Source of the DNA: Lingula anatina
Lineage: Eukaryota > Animalia > Brachiopoda
Direction of reading: 5' to 3'
Length of the DNA: 64,000 nucleotides
Assembly: GCA_051362555.1 (NCBI GenBank)
Contig: CM120641.1
Coordinates: 19,716,001 to 19,780,000, forward strand
The notes below the pieces were generated by a model. That model was not told where the DNA came from. It worked only from the letters and a program-made list of their open reading frames with translations, and did not search any database. The translations under genes were made by a program, and so were the position numbers. Below, piece by piece: positions 25,947 to 40,513 of the stretch. How positions within the stretch are numbered: the first letter of the stretch is position 1; each line of letters starts with the position of its first letter.

Positions 25947-28900
25947 ATGAAAATGATTTCGCGACGAAAAACGTTTTTTCTGTATCTGTGGTTGGCAGTG
26001 GGATCTGCAATGGGTAAGTCACAATTAATGCACATTTAGAATGAATATATTTTTCATAGATATATTAGAGCGATTCAATTGAATCCAATTTCGAGAGATA
26101 TGAGACTTTTTTTGTTTTTGGAAACTGAAAATTTAAAAAATCAAAGTCACAATTATCGGCCAAAAAGGAAATATTTGCCAAAATAGTTTTTTAAAGCTCT
26201 TCTTCTCAACAGTCTGCTCGCTTTTTATAACTCAAATTTTTTTCTGTACACGTTTCTTAATAACACCCAATCGTTTGAAAAGGATATATTCAGAATATAT
26301 TTGGTACAATTTTAAGTTAAACTTTTACTGATATCTTGGTCATTAGAAGCAGTGTTATTTTTATGTTCATGAAAAAGGTCATATTGTTAACAACCATGAA
26401 TTAACGGCATATGCTACGTATAATTTTTTTCTTCTTTTTAAACTATTCAGTTCTTATTTAAACTTTTAAAATATTCCAACGTGTGGTGGTTCTAAATGAC
26501 TAATTAACAAATCACTTATTAACAAATAAACGAAAACAAAACAATATTGTCTTTTATGTTATATGTAATACATGCTTGTTATATGTATTGTGTATCCCCT
26601 ATTTATATAGATGGCAAAATACTTTATGTTATTAAGGATATTCCAACAAACCGGATAACCAAGGTGTAGAATTCTACGTGGCATTTGGTGAAAACAATCC
26701 TAACAGTCTGAGTCTTGAACTTTTCATTACCACAAGTTTGAACCAAACCATCACAGTGAATGTGACAGCACCTTTGGCCAGCTCCGTTTACGCCGGGGAA
26801 ACGGTAAAACTTTCATTTCCTTTCATAGTTTTTTTATTTTTTTTACACTGGATGAATTTCAGGCTAATTTATTAGGTTTAAACATGAGTTTATTAAATGG
26901 CGACTTTATTCTACAAAACGCACAAATCAACGTTAAGAGCTTCTCTCTACTGGTGTTCTCGCAAGTCTCTGTTTATCAAAGGTACATGGCAGTATGCTTT
27001 TAAACAATTTGGTCACTTATTACTTTTTCTAATTCAGGTAACAGTCTCAAAAGGTCAAGTCCGCATAGTCCAGATTCCTAAAGATATAAGGATGACTGGA
27101 AGCAGTGTCCAGTCCAGAGGCATATACATCACGGCATCGGACGAGATCATAGTGTATGCGGTCAACAAAGAGCACTACAGCTCGGACTCATTTTTGGTGA
27201 TTCCGGCGGACGTGTTAGGAACGGATTACTTCGTGCCAGCTTGGCCCAGGAATACCGCAGTCTCTGGAAGGCAGGAACCAGCACAAATAGGTAAAAAGAT
27301 CGTGGCTGATTTTTGGAATGGTCAAGTAGTTTTTGTTTTCACACATTTTTTTCTCAGACTGTCTAGCGCTTGCATTTAGGCGTGGGTCTTCGCCTTGGCG
27401 CCATAATCCTTTATTATGAGACCTCCAAATTTCGGGTTGCCAATGAAGACGACACGACCATCACCTTTACAATGCCAAGTCGCCCTTTCTCCTGTTCGTA
27501 CAATAGTAGCGATTCCTTCAACGTTTCGCTTAACCGAAGCCAATTGTTTTAACTTTAAAGTTATAAAGTTTCTTTATTTTATTCTTCTGCAACTGTTGTA
27601 CAGTACATATAGGTCTCCACCTCACAGTCTGTCATATCGCAATCTTTTCTGATGACATAGAGTGAATATTGGTAAAAATTGTCACTGTACTTTCAGTCGT
27701 TTTCCTTACTTTTAGGAGTGGTAGCAACGGAGAACAGTACAAGTGTAAACTTCACCATGCCAAGTCATTCTTTCTCTTGTTCGTACAATGGACAGACCTA
27801 TAGCAGTGGCGATTCCTTAACCGTCTCGCTAGACCGATGTCAGACGTTTCAACTTCAGTGCGACGAGGACCTAACTGGGGCACGAGTCACATCTGATAAA
27901 CCCATTGGGATAGTTTCTGGTAATAAAAGGACAGAGCTTCTAAGTACAAGCTCTTCCAGATCGTCAGACCATATAGAAGAGATGATTCCCTCCGTCCCGA
28001 CGCTTGGGAGGCGCTTTCTCACTGCACCCCTGTCAGAAAGGTCCGCGGGCGATGTGTTTCGAATAATTGGTTAGTATGACTTACGTGAATTAAAAATATT
28101 TTTGGCAAATTCTTGTTTAAAAGTTGCTCATCAAAATACCACAACAATGCTGCTCCAGTATTTCCTGCTTGGTATTCAGGTTATTGATGGTCACTTTTCG
28201 TGTTTTTCGGTTCGATAAATGATATTATATTATGTCTACATGAGTTTATTGTCCTTTTTATGTGTTATGACAATTCTGTTATCTTTCCATCCAGGCACTG
28301 TACAAGGAACCACATTGACAGTACAGGGCACGACAAGTGGAAACAACACGTACACCTTGAACGCTGGCGAATTCCAACAGCTACTCGTCTCGTCTAACGA
28401 CTACCTGTACATTGAGGCCACCAAAGCAGTCCTTGTTGTACAATATTCAAAGTCTGGTAAGTTCGCCTTCTTGTGTAGTTGCAGAGAAAGTATACATGTA
28501 TATGTCTGGCTTTAAATGATCCCATTTTGATAATAAAACCGATATTAGTATATGAAAATCAATTGCCCAATTAACTTGACCAAATTTGAAACGCCGGTTT
28601 AAAAAAAGACACGAGTGAAAAACTTACATTGAACTAATAGGCCACATTGTTGGAAATTTCTAAGATTATTTTTGTCGCAGATCGAAATAGAAGGGTACTG
28701 GGCCGTTTCTTCATAGTAAACAGACGTGAAAATGTTCAAATCCTAAAGCGAACCATTCACGATGCTACTCCACTACACAGCTTTGTTGTGAATTGTATTT
28801 ATAGTTTTGATACAACAATGTATTTAGATAGACTAAAAACAATTAAACACGAGTAACCACAAAAGTGGGAAATTGACAGTGTTGGTAAGCGTCTGTGCAA

Positions 28901-30121
28901 GTTAAACTCGTTTCACAATCTTGGGAAAGAATTTAAATGAAATGCAGAATTCATTTCATGAATCTTCTCTGATTTGCAGCCAGTGCAGACAGTGCTCAAA
29001 CCGACCCATTCATGATGCTGCTTCCTCCACTTGAACAATTCGACTCCTACTACACTCTGGCAACCGTAGAGGGCGTATCAGCTGCTTTTAGAAACTATAT
29101 TAACGTTATAATTAAGATGGACCAATTATCAGGGCTGTACCTTGATGGGGCACCTGTAGCACCAGGAGATGTAGCCACAAATTGGACGCAGATATCTAAT
29201 ACGCAGTACGCAGCAGTCATATTGTCAGTTTCTCCTGGAACTCATACGCTATACCACCAGTCACCAATTGAGGTTTTTTCCGCATTCGCCTATGGTCACG
29301 TGCAGTACGAATCTTACGGATATCCCGGTGGATGTCGGTTGGCGCCTATAGGGGATTACTGTAGTTTGACAACCTCAGTCGCGGGAGATGGGTTGGACAA
29401 TGACTGTGATGGTTTTCTCGATGAAGAACTCCTGAATAGCATAGATGACGATGGTGATGGTCTTGTTGATGAAGATGTGGCCTTCGCTTCCAATCCAGAT
29501 CAGGCGAGTTTTGTGGCCGCGGCGGATGCCCAAACAACTTCTACTACCACTACTACATCTACTGCCGTTATTCCTACCACTTCTTCCACGCATGTTGCGG
29601 TAACGACAAGTACAGAAAGTTCATTGCTGGCAGGAAATTCTGCTGCTCGGAATGGAAGAGATCTTACGACGACAGAAATTATTAGTATCAGTGTTGGAAG
29701 CGTAGTTGCTGCAGCATTGGTTGCCGGATGTTTGTCACTCTTCATTTTCGGCAAATACCGTCGATTTAAGCGCAAAAAAGAAGAAGAAGAAGAAAAAGCA
29801 AAACTAGCAAAGAATACGTCGGAGACAAGTTTAAGATCAAACAGAGTCAGCCCAGAACCACAATCAGGGAAGAATTCCCGCTTAAGCACCAGTGATATTG
29901 ATGTTGGAGTTCCAGAATCACGGGGAAGCTCTCCTCGGGATGGACCCTTCCTATCCTTACCCCCTGCCTACCCGGGTAAGGCTTGGAGCACTGGCTACGC
30001 ACGCGTTGGTGAGCCTACACAAATTAAAGGCCATGAAACACCGAACAAGAAGAGTAAGTCTATGGTACCGGGACAAAAACGGCCGGCTGTCAACCCAAAT
30101 CTTAACATCATTGATTTCTAA
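25947..30121 (+). CDS. IgGFc-binding-domain type I membrane protein, copy A
   Basis: Exons 25947-26013 (signal peptide MKMISRRKTFFLYLWLAVGSAMG), 26637-26803, 27038-27290, 27716-28069, 28295-28456, 28980-30121, with consistent phases. Motifs DNQGVEFYVAF, SSDSFLVIPADVLGTDY, DLTGARVTSDKPIGIVSG, DPFMMLLPPLEQF and ESYGYPGG, then a Thr stalk and a TM helix. Confidence 0.88.
27435..27552 (+). pseudogene. Decayed partial duplicate of exon 4 inside intron 3 (also at ~36190-36315)
   Basis: VANEDDTTITFTMPSRPFSCSYNSSDSFNVSLNRSQLF* aligns to exon 4 VATENSTSVNFTMPSHSFSCSYNGQTYSSGDSLTVSLDRCQTFQL. Confidence 0.7.
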
Positions 30122-32179
30122 GCTGACGAATGGAACTCGTTGTATTTGTATGCAGTTATTGAGACACCGGGAAATCTTCACAGTTTGCACCATTCATTAC
30201 ACGTGTGTGACGACTGTGTCAGTTTTTGTTGCAAAAATTACTAAAGAAAAAGAAAAAAGGCATTTAGATTAAATGTCAGTTATATGGCGATGTCCTCTAT
30301 GTAAATATTGATGTAAATATCAAGAGGTCCGCAACGAAGTAGCTGCATGTTACGGATACGATTTGATTACACTTTAGTATCACCTGAAGCTAAAAGATGT
30401 TCATTTTGACTCTCTTTTTATTACACAACTTCAAAAAAGGTACAAATTGATTCAGAAGCAATATCTCACTCACTCCCCCCCCCCCCCCCCCCCCACACAC
30501 ACACAAAGACATTTATTACATACAGTGGAATGGGTAACACAATAAATGTACAGGACTATACAAACCACGTCTGTTACAAAAAAAAAAAAAAAAAAAAAAA
30601 AAAAGGGGAAAACATATCTATTTTCGCAGAAGCAAATACATGTACACAGAAACCCCATACATCTCAACATTATTGTATAATCTTTCATAAAACTTTATTA
30701 TCTAATACTGGTAGAAATTGACAAGATTCTTTCCTACTAACACTGAACTGGTAGGAAGCATAGACAGTCAAATACTTGTAGAAACTTTTTAAACCCTAAT
30801 TTAACTCTCTTATTATTTAGATATCAGTTAAATTTATAAACCTTTGTATATAGATAAGTTTGCAGTGTAACAATTACACCTGCCTACTGTGTGTTTTGAC
30901 GTACAACGTTGCGTGTTTTGAAATCTTTATCTATATTTAATGTTTTGCGAAATGTGTCTGTTTAACTGGGAAAGACACCCAGTTTCCAGACAAGAACACA
31001 AAGGTGACAATCTTAAAACTCGGTGTTATTTTTGAATTAGTTTAGAAAAACAGTTTTCCCAACTATGAAACAACAGCTGTGGAAAAATAAATTATAACTT
31101 ATTGTAACAGCTTTATTTATTTCATTCGAAAATGTTTACGAAACCCAGTGTCTAGAAAAATCAATATTGTTCCCTCTTTGGTTGTTGCCACACTTTCCAG
31201 CCCATGGCAATAAAATGATACGGCCTCTATATATTGTATCGGATATACAAGTACTTAAATTTTGTATACTATTTTACAGGTCCTTGACATTAATAAAGGG
31301 TAACAATGTACCGTACTGTAAAGTGCTGCAAAAAAGGTCACAGTAATGATCCCCCTTCCGTTTACAGACCCATTAGATCCTAATGAACGCAAAGCACTTG
31401 TATATAAAGCAATTCAATACAATTTGTTGCACCCCCTCTCCTTTTTTACCGCTACGCTGAAAATACCAGTAAATTCCAAGTGACTTTGACTAATCACAAA
31501 CGGCAACTTGCTGTCTGCACGTTAATTTATGTCTTTGTCATTCTTTTTGAAAAGTATAATAACGCATGTTAACTCTAAAATGATGTATGACTTGTCTTGT
31601 ATTAAATCTTAAGGCAAATAATCCAAATGTTAAGAAAATGCATTTTACTACATTTTACATAAAAGAAAATAATAAATTATTGAAGCATTATAGAAATAGA
31701 AGAGAAAAAGAACGAAATAAAAATAATAAAAAGGAAAGAATGGAAAATCCTTGAACTTGTGTACACGGATCTACATTTGTATCAGAATCTCTTCCAATAT
31801 TTAATTAACTGGTATTAAAAAAATGCACATGTAGCCCTCCATTATGTTAAAAGTCACCTTGCTTAAAGACAGAAACGGACGACGGACAGAAAGGCGGATC
31901 AAACAGAGAGACGGAGAGGTCCGTCAAATTGACAGACAAACAGACAGATACACATACTTAAGTTAAACCGCATGCTACTACACGTGACTTGTAGTAGGCC
32001 TGCTTACAAAGGGGTCAGTGTATTGCTGACCCAATCATTTACCGAATCATTTATCCCCCAACAGTCCAAATCAAATAGATAAATAGTTTGGTGTACTTAT
32101 TCGACATCTGTGTTTAACCACGCCAGCAAGCCTGCAGGCGTTGTTCTCATGACAAATCTCTGCGGAGACTAAGAGTTTT

Positions 32180-32266
32180 TCACAGCGCGATCACTGAAAA
32201 ATACCGCAGAGAAAAGAGTGCCGTTTGCAAAGAAAAGCAATTTTAAAAGCTGTAGAAGACAATGGG
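32180..32266 (+). pseudogene. Dead copy of the copy-C signal-peptide exon
   Basis: Aligns to 41530-41635, but ATG has become ATA (aaaaataccgcag) and the hydrophobic core is deleted. No downstream C-type exons follow. Confidence 0.7.
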
Positions 32267-32517
32267 TAATTTTTTAATTGTACTGTGCATATATGAAAAT
32301 TTGTTGCAATATATACTTATATATCCTACATTATACATACATATCTTACATTTTGAATGAAAGCTGGTAGTAAGGACAAGCTTATTCTCCTAGACAATAA
32401 CCGACACTGTTAACATTACGAATAAAACAACACAAACAACATATAAAGTGCACATGGACGCAGTTAGCGCACAAATTTTATTTCAAACCATCTTCAATCA
32501 TTTACAACAAACCATAA

Positions 32518-32519
32518 TA

Positions 32520-32562
<43 letters not shown>

Positions 32563-32790
32563 ATCATAAACACAAGGAGACCCTCTCCTCACCAACCGGG
32601 ATATCACATCCCAAACGGTTCTTCCTAGCTCATACTTCCCGTACATAGGGAATCACCGGGATATCACATCTAGATCCCAAACAGCTCTTTCGAGCTCATC
32701 TGTAGGGAATCACAAGAATATCACCAGAATATTCTCTCGTACTTACTAGGGAATCATCGGGAGATCACTTCCTAAACAGCTCTTATTGAA
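32518..32790. repeat. (TAAA)n microsatellite followed by a degenerate ~45-60-bp minisatellite
   Basis: taaa run at 32518-32563, then 3-4 units of agggaatcaccgggatatcacatc...aaacagctctt. Confidence 0.7.
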
Positions 32791-32805
32791 CAAAACCATT
32801 AATTT

Positions 32806-33620
32806 ACAGGGTTACCACTTAATATGGAATATTATTTTTTGGCGAGTAAATTTTCTACGAAATATTTAATTTCTCTCTAACTACTTTAAATCCAACCTGA
32901 GGTGTCACTCCATGTGTAGCCAGGTGTGTTACCTTAATACCACACAACTCTCGAAACAATTGATGCATGCAGTTGCATGTTCTGTGGTCAGAAATGTGAG
33001 GGGTGGTCTTTTCGGCAATTTCTGCCCTTGTATAAAAACACATGGGTTTGGTCAATCTTTGGAGTGTGTTTAGAGAAGCAACAAAGGGGTCGCTCTGAAA
33101 CTTGACAGGTACTTTATTGAAGATATGGTTCGACAGCTAAGCAACGCAGCTTACTATGGGACTCTTGCTCTCAGAGAAAATGTCAAGAAACGGACAGCCA
33201 TTGCCAGGTAATTCAACATTTATCAGGAACCGTTTGTAAAGTCCTCCAAAGAAATGATGCAACAGGGGCACCTACTCCAATACCTCGACCAGGGTGTCCG
33301 CGTATCACACCAAGAAGACAGGATCGCCTTCTCCTTAGAGGACGCCGTGCTGGCCGTACAAAGACAACCAGTGTCCTCAGAAAAGAGAGGCAGAATGTCA
33401 TTCAAACGCCCGTTTCAAGGTCACGAGATTGAACAAGAGATTACTGCAAGCCGGTTATTTTGCACGAAGGCCAGTAGGGAAACCACTGTTAACAGCAGGT
33501 CATATACAGCGACGTCTGCAATGGGCTGGGGACCACGTGCGTTTGCAGCCAAAACACTGGAATCACGTCGTTTTCAGTGATGAGGCCAGATATGGATTTT
33601 TTAGGGTTGATGGTCGATAC
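32806..33620 (+). mobile_element. 3'-truncated Tc1-like transposon relic
   Basis: Frameshifted transposase N-terminal half: PRPGCPRITPRRQDR, RLLQAGYFARRPVGKPLLT and WNHVVFSDEARY. The left boundary is approximate. Confidence 0.8.
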
Positions 33621-34615
33621 ACAAGTATTCATCCATAAGCACATAATTGTAAACATACTATCATTAATCAACATACACGCATGCAAGTACACTGTAGACC
33701 TACACACACTAACACACACATACTTGCACCGTAACAAAAATTGAAAAAAAAAAAAAGAAAATAATCACTGTAGCAAAAACAAATGTACAAATAACATTTT
33801 AAAAATCATATATACTAAACAAATTTAAAAGTCAATAGCCAAAAAACCAAAAAGGAAAGACAAAAAAAATAATAAAAAAAAATTTACGTGTCGACTGGAC
33901 TGCGCTAACTGGTCGAACGAACAACTGTCGTAACTTACCCACAATTCTTACAAAGAGCACAACTAGCACAATACACAAAATGTCGCCCCTAAGGAGAAAA
34001 TAATTTCATTCTAATTCACTTCACTAAAACGAATAAAATTTCATTCTCGCGAATCACAAAATTTCTAACGAAAAGAGGGAGGACAAAGTCTGATAGCTAA
34101 AATAAGAAATATTAAGCATTTACTTCTCCATACGACACCAAACACGAAACTGTATGAAGACAATGACACTCTTCATTCTGGTAATTGGCTACAGATATAA
34201 TTATACATGTATATAAAGGGCTTAGATATACTTTTTAAATATATATCCTTGGGACTCATTGGTTCAAAGCAGATTGAGTTGTTTAACCCTACAAAGAATG
34301 AATGGTAACTTCTATTGATTTTAAGGTCAAGCGTCAAGTACACAAACTAGATTTATTGCCAGAGGTAACAGAGATTGTAAACGTTGATCATAATAAAGTA
34401 ATATGTTAACTATTTATGGTGGATAATTGGGTAGACACAACATAATGAAGAAAAAAAGATCCCAAAGTGCAATTTTTCACAACAATATTTAAACGAAACA
34501 GGTGAATAGCCTTCTTTATTTTGCTTGAAGTACAATTCAGGATACTTTTTAAAGTGCGCATTTCTTATTTTTTTCTCAGTGAGGACGGAGGTAGCTCGCC
34601 GCAGCTACATGTCCG

Positions 34616-37600
34616 ATGAAAATGATTTCGCGACGAAAAACGTTTTTCCTGTATCTGTGGATGACAGTGGGATCTGTGATGGGTAAGTCAAAATTTATAC
34701 ACATATAGAATGAATACATTTTTCACAGATATATTAAAGCGTATCAATTGAATCCAATTTCGAGAAAAATTAGACTTTTTTTCAGGAAATTGACTAGTTA
34801 AAAAATCGAAGTATGAAAAAAAAAAGGATTTTTTTTTTTACCAAAATTGTTATTTTTTATAGCTTTTTTTCTCCGCTCGTTTCTCATTATCCAAATTTTA
34901 TCTGTACATGTTTCTCAATAAAACCCAATTGTTTGAAATGGATTTATTTAGGATATGTTTTGTACAATTTTAAGGGTTATGCTACTTATATATTTTTCTT
35001 CTTTTTAACTGTATCAGTTCTTATCAAGTCGTATTATTTGAAATATTCCAACGTGGGGTGGTTCTAAATCACACGATAACTTGTTTTAATTCAACTACTA
35101 AACAAATAAACGGAAAAATTTGTCTTATATGTTATGTCTTATACAGGGGCGGATTTAGGCCGTCTTCTGGGTCTTCCAGAAGACGGTCAGATTTTCAAGT
35201 TTACATTGACGGGTATCTTTTTTTCTGTCGGAAGACGGTCAAAAATGGAGGACGGATCAACAAAGATAATTTGGAAGACTTTCAGAAAATATCTCTGAAT
35301 CCGCCCCTGTTATACATGCGTGTTATATGTATTGTGACGCAAAGTATCCCCGTTTTATAGATGGCAAAATACATTCTGTTATTTAGGATATTCCAACAAG
35401 CCGGATAACCAAGGTGTGGAATTCTACGTGGCATTTGGTGAAAACCACCCTAACAGTCTGAGTCTTGAACTTTTCATTACCACGAGTTTAAACCAAACCA
35501 TCACAGTGAATGTGACAGCACCTTTGGCCAGCTCCGTTTACGCCGGGGAAACAGTAAAACTTTCATTTCATTTCATAGCTATATTATTTTTTTACACTGG
35601 ATGAATTTCAGGCTAAATTTTAACGAGAGAAAATGGAATTAATTTTGAACATGAGGCTGTTAAATGGTGACTATATTCTGCAAAACGCACAAATATACGT
35701 TAAGAGCTTCTTTGTAGGCTACTGGTGTTCTCGCAAGTCTCTGTTTAACAAAGATGCATGCCAATTTTTTCTAATTCAGGTAACAGTCACAAAAGGCCAA
35801 GTCCGTACAGTCCAGATTCCTAAAGGTATAAGGATGACCGGAAGCGGTGTTCAGTCCAGAGGGATATACATCACGGCATCGGACGAGGTCATAGTGTATG
35901 CGGTCAACAAAGAGCACTACAGCTCGGACTCATTTTTGGTGATTCCGGCGGACGTGTTAGGAACGGATTACTTCGTGCCAGCTTGGCCCAAGAATACTGC
36001 AGTCTCTGGAGATCAGGAACCAGCACAAATAGGTAAAAAGGCCGTTGTTGATTTTGGTATGGTCTAGCGATTTGTTCCACTAGTTTTTGCTTTCATACAT
36101 TTTTTAGGCTGTCTCGTGCTTGCGTTTAGGCGGGGACATTCACCTTGTCTATGCACCGTAATCCTTTGTTATGAGGCATGCAAACTGTGTGGTTGCCAGC
36201 AAAGAGGACATGACCATACCGAGTCACCCTTTCTCCTTTTCGTACAATGGGCAAACTTACAATAGTAGCAATTCCTTCACCGTTTCGCTCAACCGGAGAT
36301 AGACGTTCCAACTTTTAAATTATTAAGTTTCCTTATTTTATTCTTCTGCAACTGCTGTACATATAGGTCTCCGCCTCACAGTTTGTCGTATCGCAATCTT
36401 TTATGATGAAGTAGAGTGAATAATGGAAAAATTGTCACTACTTTCGTCGTTCTCCCTACTTTTAGGAATGGTAGCATCGGAGGACAGTACAAGCGTTAAC
36501 TTCACCATGCCAAGTCATTCTTTCTCTTGTTCGTACAATGGACAGACCTATAGCAGTGGCGATTTCTTCACCGTCTCGCTAGACCGATGCCAGACGTTTC
36601 AACTTCAGTGCGACGAGGACTTAACAGGGGCAAGAGTCACATCCGATAAACCCATTGGGATCGTCTCTGGAAGTAAAAGGACAGAGGTTCTAAGTACTTC
36701 CAGATCGTCATCAGACCATATGGAAGAGATGATTCCCTCCGTCCCGACGCTAGGGAGACGCTTTCTCACTGCACCCCTGTCAGAAAGGTCCGCGGGCGAT
36801 GTGTTTCGAATAATTGGTTAGTGTGATTTACGTTAATTAAAATTCTGTTAAAAAATTGCTCATCAAAATAGCACAACAATGCTTCTCCAGTACTTCCCGC
36901 TTGGCATTTAGACTAATGATTGTCACTTTTTGTGTTTTTCGGTTCGTAAAATGATATTACATGTTATCTACTTGAGTATATTATCCTCTCTATGTGTTAT
37001 GACAATTCTGTTATCTTTCCATCCAGGAACTGTGCAAGGAACCACGGTAACAGTACAAGGTACGACAACCGGAGCCAACACGTACACTTTGAACGCTGGC
37101 GAATTCCAACAGCTACTCGTCTCGTCTGACGACTACCTGTATATTGAGGCCACCAAAGCAGTCCTTGTTGTACAATATTCAAAGTCAGGTTAGTTCGCCT
37201 TCTTGTATAGTTGCAGAGAAAGTATACATGTATGTATCTGGCTTTAAATGACCCCATTTTGACAATACAGCCGATATTAGCATATGAGATTCAATTTCCC
37301 GATAAAATAGACCAAATTTGAAATGCTGGATTAAAAAAAGATGCGACCAAGTCATATAATGAAAAACTTCAATTGAACTAATGGCTCACATTGTTGGAAA
37401 ATTCTAAAATTGTTTTAGTCGCAGATGGAAAAAGAAGGGAAAGGAAAAGGAGTGTTGGTGAGCGTCTGTACAAGTTAAACGTGCTTTTTAAAACCTTTGG
37501 TTATGTTTTCTCGTTTTACAATCTGGGGACAGAACTTAAATGGAATACAGAATTAATTTCTTGAATCTTCTCTGATTTGCAGCCAGTGCAGACGGTGCTC

Positions 37601-38166
37601 AAACCGACCCATTCATGATGCTGCTTCCTCCACTTGAACAATTCGACTCTTACTACACTCTGGCAACCGTAGAGGGCGTATCAGCTGCTTTTAGAAACTA
37701 CATTAACGTTATAATTAAGATGGACCAATTATCAGGGCTGTACCTTGACGGGGCACCTGTAGCACCAGGAGATGTATCCACAAATTGGACGCAGATATCT
37801 AATACGCAGTACGCAGCAGTCATATTGTCAGTTTCTCCTGGAACTCACACCCTATACCACCAGTCACCAATCGTTGTTTTTTCCGCATTCGCCTATGGTC
37901 ACGTACAGTACGAATCTTACGGCTATCCCGGTGGATGTCGGTTGGCGCCTATAGGGGATTACTGTACTTTGACAGCCTCAGTCGCAGGAGATGGGTTGGA
38001 TAATGACTGTGATGGTCTTCTCGATGAAGAACTCCTAAATTACATTGATGACGATGGTGATGGTCTCGTCGATGAAGATGTGGCCTTAGCTTCCAATCCA
38101 GATCAGGCTAATTTTGTGGCCGCAGTGGAGGTCCCAACAACTTCTCCTTCTACTACTTCTTCTTCA

Positions 38167-38211
<45 letters not shown>

Positions 38212-38826
38212 GGTAGTAGTTCTACATCTACTACTACTTCTACTGCTGGTAGTACTCCTACTACCACCTCTTCCACATATGTGTCGGTAACACCCACACA
38301 AGTACCGACAAGTACAGAAAGTTCATTGCTCGCGGGAAATTCTGCTGCTCGGGTTGGAAAAGATCTTACGACGATAGAAATCGTTGGAATCAGTGTTGGA
38401 AGCGTAGTTGCCGCAGGTTTGGTTGCCGGGTGTTTGTCATTCTTCATTATTGGCAAATACCGTCGATTTAAGCGCAAAAAAGAAGAAGAAGAAGAAGAAA
38501 AAGCAAAACTAGCCAAGAATACGTCGGAGACTAGTTTAAGATCCAACAGAGTCAGCCCAGAACCACAATCAGGGAAGAATTCCCGCTTAAGCACCAGTGA
38601 TATTGATGTTGGAGTTCCAGAATCACCGGGAAACTCTCCTCGGGATGGAGCCTTTCTAAACTCACCCCCTGCCTACCCGGGTAAGGCTTGGAGCACTGGC
38701 TACGCACGCGTTGGTGAGCCTACACATATTAAAGGGCATAAAACACCGAACAAGAAGAGTAGGGCTATGGTACCGGGGCAAAAACGACCGGCAGTCAATC
38801 AAAATCTTAACATCATTGATTTCTAA
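34616..38826 (+). CDS. IgGFc-binding-domain type I membrane protein, copy B
   Basis: Exons 34616-34682, 35387-35553, 35780-36032, 36466-36816, 37027-37188, 37583-38826, with the same structure as copy A. The stalk is expanded by (ACT)n. Confidence 0.88.
35144..35309. mobile_element. MITE with CAGGGGCGGATT TIRs and a 5-bp TSD
   Basis: ttata|caggggcggattt ... aatccgcccctg|ttata. The paralogous intron at ~26565 is empty. Confidence 0.85.
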
Positions 38827-40513
38827 GCTGACAAATGGAACTCTTTGAATTAGTATGTAGTTGTTGAGTCACCCGAAAATTCTTATCATTTGCGCAATTT
38901 GGCCGACGATTTATTACAAGTGCCTGACGACTGAGTCGAATACGATTTGATTACACTTTAGTATCCCTTGAGCCTAGAAAATGCTTATTTAACTCTGTTT
39001 TAATTACATAACTTAAAAAAGTAAAATTGATGAAGTTATATCTGAGTCACTCACTCCCACATGCACACACACGCAATGACATTATAACATACAGTGGAAT
39101 GGGTAATACAGCAAAATAACATAAAGAAACTACACAAGCTACGTCTGCAGCACAGAAACAAAAACTGTGAAAAAACACGGGTAAACAACTATTTTTGCAG
39201 AAGCAAATACATGTACATAAAAACCCACTCATCTCAACATAATTGTATAATCTTTCAGAAATCTTTATCTAATACTGGTAGAAATTGACAAGATTCTTGC
39301 CTACTTACACTGAATTGGTAGGAAGCATTCAAATACTTGTAACAATAGTAGACAATGTATTAACCTCATTTCAACTCTTTTTTTTTTTCAGATATATCAG
39401 TTAAGCTTATATAAACGTATGTACATAGATAAGTTTGCAGTGTAACAATTATGCATGCTACTGTGTGTATTGATGTCCAACACTGCGTGCCAGTAGTCGT
39501 CTAAATGTACCATGCCGCATTATAATTTTAAAGGCAGAGTGTTTTGAAATCTTTATCCATTTTTTGTTTGCGAAATGAGTTTGTTCAACTGGCAAAGACA
39601 TCCAGTTTCCAGACAAGGTCAAACACGTGACAATCTTCAAACTCAATGTTATTTTAGAATAAGTTTAGAAAAACCTTACGGTTTTCACCAATCTGATTTA
39701 ATTGCTGTGAAAGAAATAAATGTGGTAACTCACTGTAATAGTTTTATTTATTTTTATTCAAAAATGTTTACGAAACTCAGTGTCTAGAAAAACCAATATT
39801 GTTCTCTCTTTAACTGTTGTCACACTTTTCAGTCCATGAAAATAAAATGATACGACTTTTATATATTTTGCGGATATACCTCCTGACGTCAAAGGGTAAC
39901 AGTGTACCGTAGTACTGTAAAGTGCTGCAAAAAAGGTCAAAGTAATGACCCCCCCTTCCGTTTACGTAGATCCTAATGAACGCAAATCACTTGACTTGTA
40001 TACAATGCAGTTCAATACTATTTGTTAAACGCCCTCTCCTTCTTTTACAGGCTTCGCTGAAAATATAAGTAAATTTTAGGTGACTATAGTGACAAACGGC
40101 AACTTGCTGTCTAACTGTCTACAGGTTAAGTTAGGTCTTTGTCATTCCCTTTGAAAAGTATAATAGCGAATGTAAACTCCCTCGTAGATCGATCGATCAT
40201 CCATCACTCGAATACAATCATGTATGACCACGTCTTGTATTATATCTTAGATGAGGCAAATTATCAAAATGTTTTGAAATGAACTTTTCTACATTATACA
40301 CAAAAGAAAAAATAAATAATTAAAGCATTATAGAAATTGATGAGAAAAAGAACAGATATTCTTATAACAAAAAGGAAAGAATGGAAAATCCTTGAACTTG
40401 TGTACTGGGTACACGGAACTACATTTGTATTGGAATCTCTTCCAAGATCTAATTGACTGACATTAAAAAATGCACATGTAGCCCTCCATTATTTCAAAAG
40501 TCACCTTGCTTAA

